Source: Daphnia carinata (Eukaryota). From it: a DNA stretch of 64,000 bases. The DNA lies in assembly GCF_022539665.2 (NCBI RefSeq), contig NC_081331.1, forward strand, positions 8,866,001-8,930,000. Direction: 5' to 3'. Below the pieces are notes generated by a model. That model was not told the origin of the DNA, did no database searches, and worked only from the letters and a program-made list of their open reading frames with translations. Below, one piece after another: positions 61,903-64,000 of the stretch. How positions within the stretch are numbered: position 1 is the stretch's first letter; every line of letters begins with the position of its first letter. The position numbers and the translations under genes are program-made.

Positions 61903-64000
61903 ATGGACACTACAATCCCATCGACTTTGCATGATATCAGCCCTGATCCCAAAAGTCATTCTGATGGAAATGGGCTGGGGAATCCATCTGTGCCTCCTTC
62001 TGCAATGACTTATGATGATATTTTCCCTGGTTTACCCGAAACAGCTATTGGTGTCCGTACTGATTGCACTATAGGAAAATGGAACAACAAGTTGCGTGTG
62101 AGTTCACGTAATGTAACCCAGGTAATTGGAAATATTTCCTAGTTTTATTGGTTCTTTCCTTATTAGAAGTCCTTGTTTTGCTTAGGTATTCCACATACCA
62201 CCGGAAGAAAGGCGAGTTGATTCATCTAATAAATTTGGAGAAGGAGACTTGCTTAAAACATGTGCTGACATCATGCAATCCACTGGCGCAACAATTGAAA
62301 CATCATATGCTAAAGACCAATCTTTGACATTTGTTGTTATTGGTAAAAATGTTTAGTTGTAAGTTTGTCATGTGATAATTACATATTATAGTTTTTTTAT
62401 CTTCTCGTTTTTCAGGCAAGCAAGATTCAGTGTTAGAAGCCAAGCGCGAAATTTTGAAACGGTTCCAAACTCAATCTTCATCGGCTGTAGAAATCCCCAA
62501 AGAGTATCATGGCTTTATTCTCGGTAAAGGTGGTGTAAAGCTCAAGGAATTAGAAAAACAAACTGCCACAAAAATTACCATTCCTAAAGAAACTGAATCC
62601 TCTGGAAGAATTGTTGTTACTGGACCCAAAGAAGGCATGCATTTTTAATCGAAATGTTCATTAATCATGTGCCTAATTTCTTTTTTTTCTTTGAATTTCT
62701 AAGGCATTGAAAAAGCACTGCATGAAATCCAGATGATATCTGACGAACGATCGAAACAGGCCTATGAGAGATTAGAGATACCGAAAATTTATCATCCTTT
62801 TATCACCGGAGCGCACAACGAAACAATCAAATCATTAACGGAAGGGTCGGGAGTTAAAGTTAACATTCCCCCGCTGAGTGTGCAAAAGGACGAAATATCA
62901 ATCGCGGGAGAGAGAGATGGTGTGCTAAAAGTCAAACATGCAATCATTCAGGTAAAAATCTGAAATTTCTCTAGCAATAGGAGCCTTTTTTTTTACACTT
63001 TTATTTAACTATTTGTTTTTTTTTTGTTTTGTTTTTTTTGTTTTTTTGTTCAATAAAGATTTACGAAGAGATGAAACGGAAATGTGCCACAGTCAGCGTT
63101 GAGGTACGCAAGTCTCAGCACAAGTACGTAATTGGTCCGAAGGGCGCTGGAATAGCTGAAATTTTGGCAGAAAGCGGTGTCAGCGTGGAAATGCCACCAA
63201 CTGATTCGGATAAAGAAACTATTACACTCAGGGTATTGCAGTTTATTTAGATTTAAATTGTTAGGCTTTTTTTTTCTGTAGTTTGCCTCATGTTTTGATG
63301 GGCATGAGAATATTGACTTTAATTTTCATTTTTGCAGGGTCCCCAAGAAAAGCTCGGCATTGCGCTGACCAAAGTATACGAGAAAGCCAATTCGGTCTGC
63401 ACAGCCGAAATTTTGGCCCCATCGTGGATTCATCGGCATATAATTGGGAAAAAAGGCGCTGGAATTCGGGCTATTACGCAGGATTACCCAAAGGTTGTAT
63501 TCTGCTGTGTTTGCACTGTGCACGAAACATCATTCTTGGTTGCGTTAGGTCCATGTGGAGATGGAAGATAAAGCTGATAAAATAATTGTTGAAGGACCTG
63601 TTGAGGAGGTAGAAAGGGTTCGCGTTGCCCTGCAAGCCAACGTCGAAGATTTGCTCAGCAAACTTACATTTGCCGATATCGTTGTCGATCCCAAGTATCA
63701 CAAACATATCATAGGTATTAGTTTTAAAAGTCGATGTCGGAGAAGAACGTTTATTCTATTTACGAATCTTGCTAGGAAAGGGTGGATCAAATGTCAATCG
63801 TTTAAAAGAAGAAACGGGCGTAACAATCAATATCCCTGATGAGCGATCGTCTACTATCCGCATCGAGGGAACACCTAATGGTGTCAATCAGGCCAAAGCA
63901 GAACTTATGGAAATGGTTACCAAGATGGAAAATGAAAGAGAAAAGGATATTTTGATTGAACATCGCTTTCATAAAAATATCATTGGTGCTAAAGGCGAGA
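61903..64000 (+). CDS. HDLBP: Vigilin (multi-KH-domain RNA-binding protein), 5' part; continues beyond the window
   Basis: Exons 61903-62121, 62186-62342, 62416-62634, 62704-62951, 63059-63232, 63338-63493, 63549-63714 and 63776-end splice in frame. N-terminal TYDDIFPGLP and NVTQVFHIPPEERR; KH repeats HGFILGKGG, HKYVIGPKG, HRHIIGKKG, HKHIIGKGG, HKNIIGAKG. Confidence 0.95.

Overview
Eukaryotic (animal) genomic DNA. The AT-rich intergenic sequence, ~55-175 nt introns and BEL/Pao and Gypsy content suggest a small-genome arthropod such as Daphnia (inference only). Most supplied ORFs are spurious or TE fragments. Layout: (1) 1-13417, a tandem array of seven ~1909-bp units plus a stub, each with six tRNA genes (Gln-TTG, Pro-CGG, Arg-TCG, Leu-AAG, Pro-TGG, intron-containing Tyr-GTA; 42 genes or pseudogenes). 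(2) 13418-21790, a 19-copy ~440-bp satellite made from the 3' part of a BEL/Pao integrase, with units joined by (TTC)n linkers and welded to the tRNA array by (TTC)23. (3) 21400-33321, a three-deep LTR nest (BEL-2 inside BEL-1 inside Gypsy-1). (4) 35226-39646, a TIR-bounded, TSD-flanked DNA element carrying intron-containing decayed fragments of two host genes, AIF and Akt (Pack-type transposon, the most notable item). (5) 40700-60000, a TE graveyard (hAT-like, Tc1-like MITE, full-length decayed Mag-like Gypsy with 94-bp LTRs, CMC/EnSpm-like, Myb/SANT and gag relics). (6) 61903 to the window end, an apparently intact vigilin (HDLBP/Dp1) gene. All calls come from reading the sequence by eye; no searches were run.
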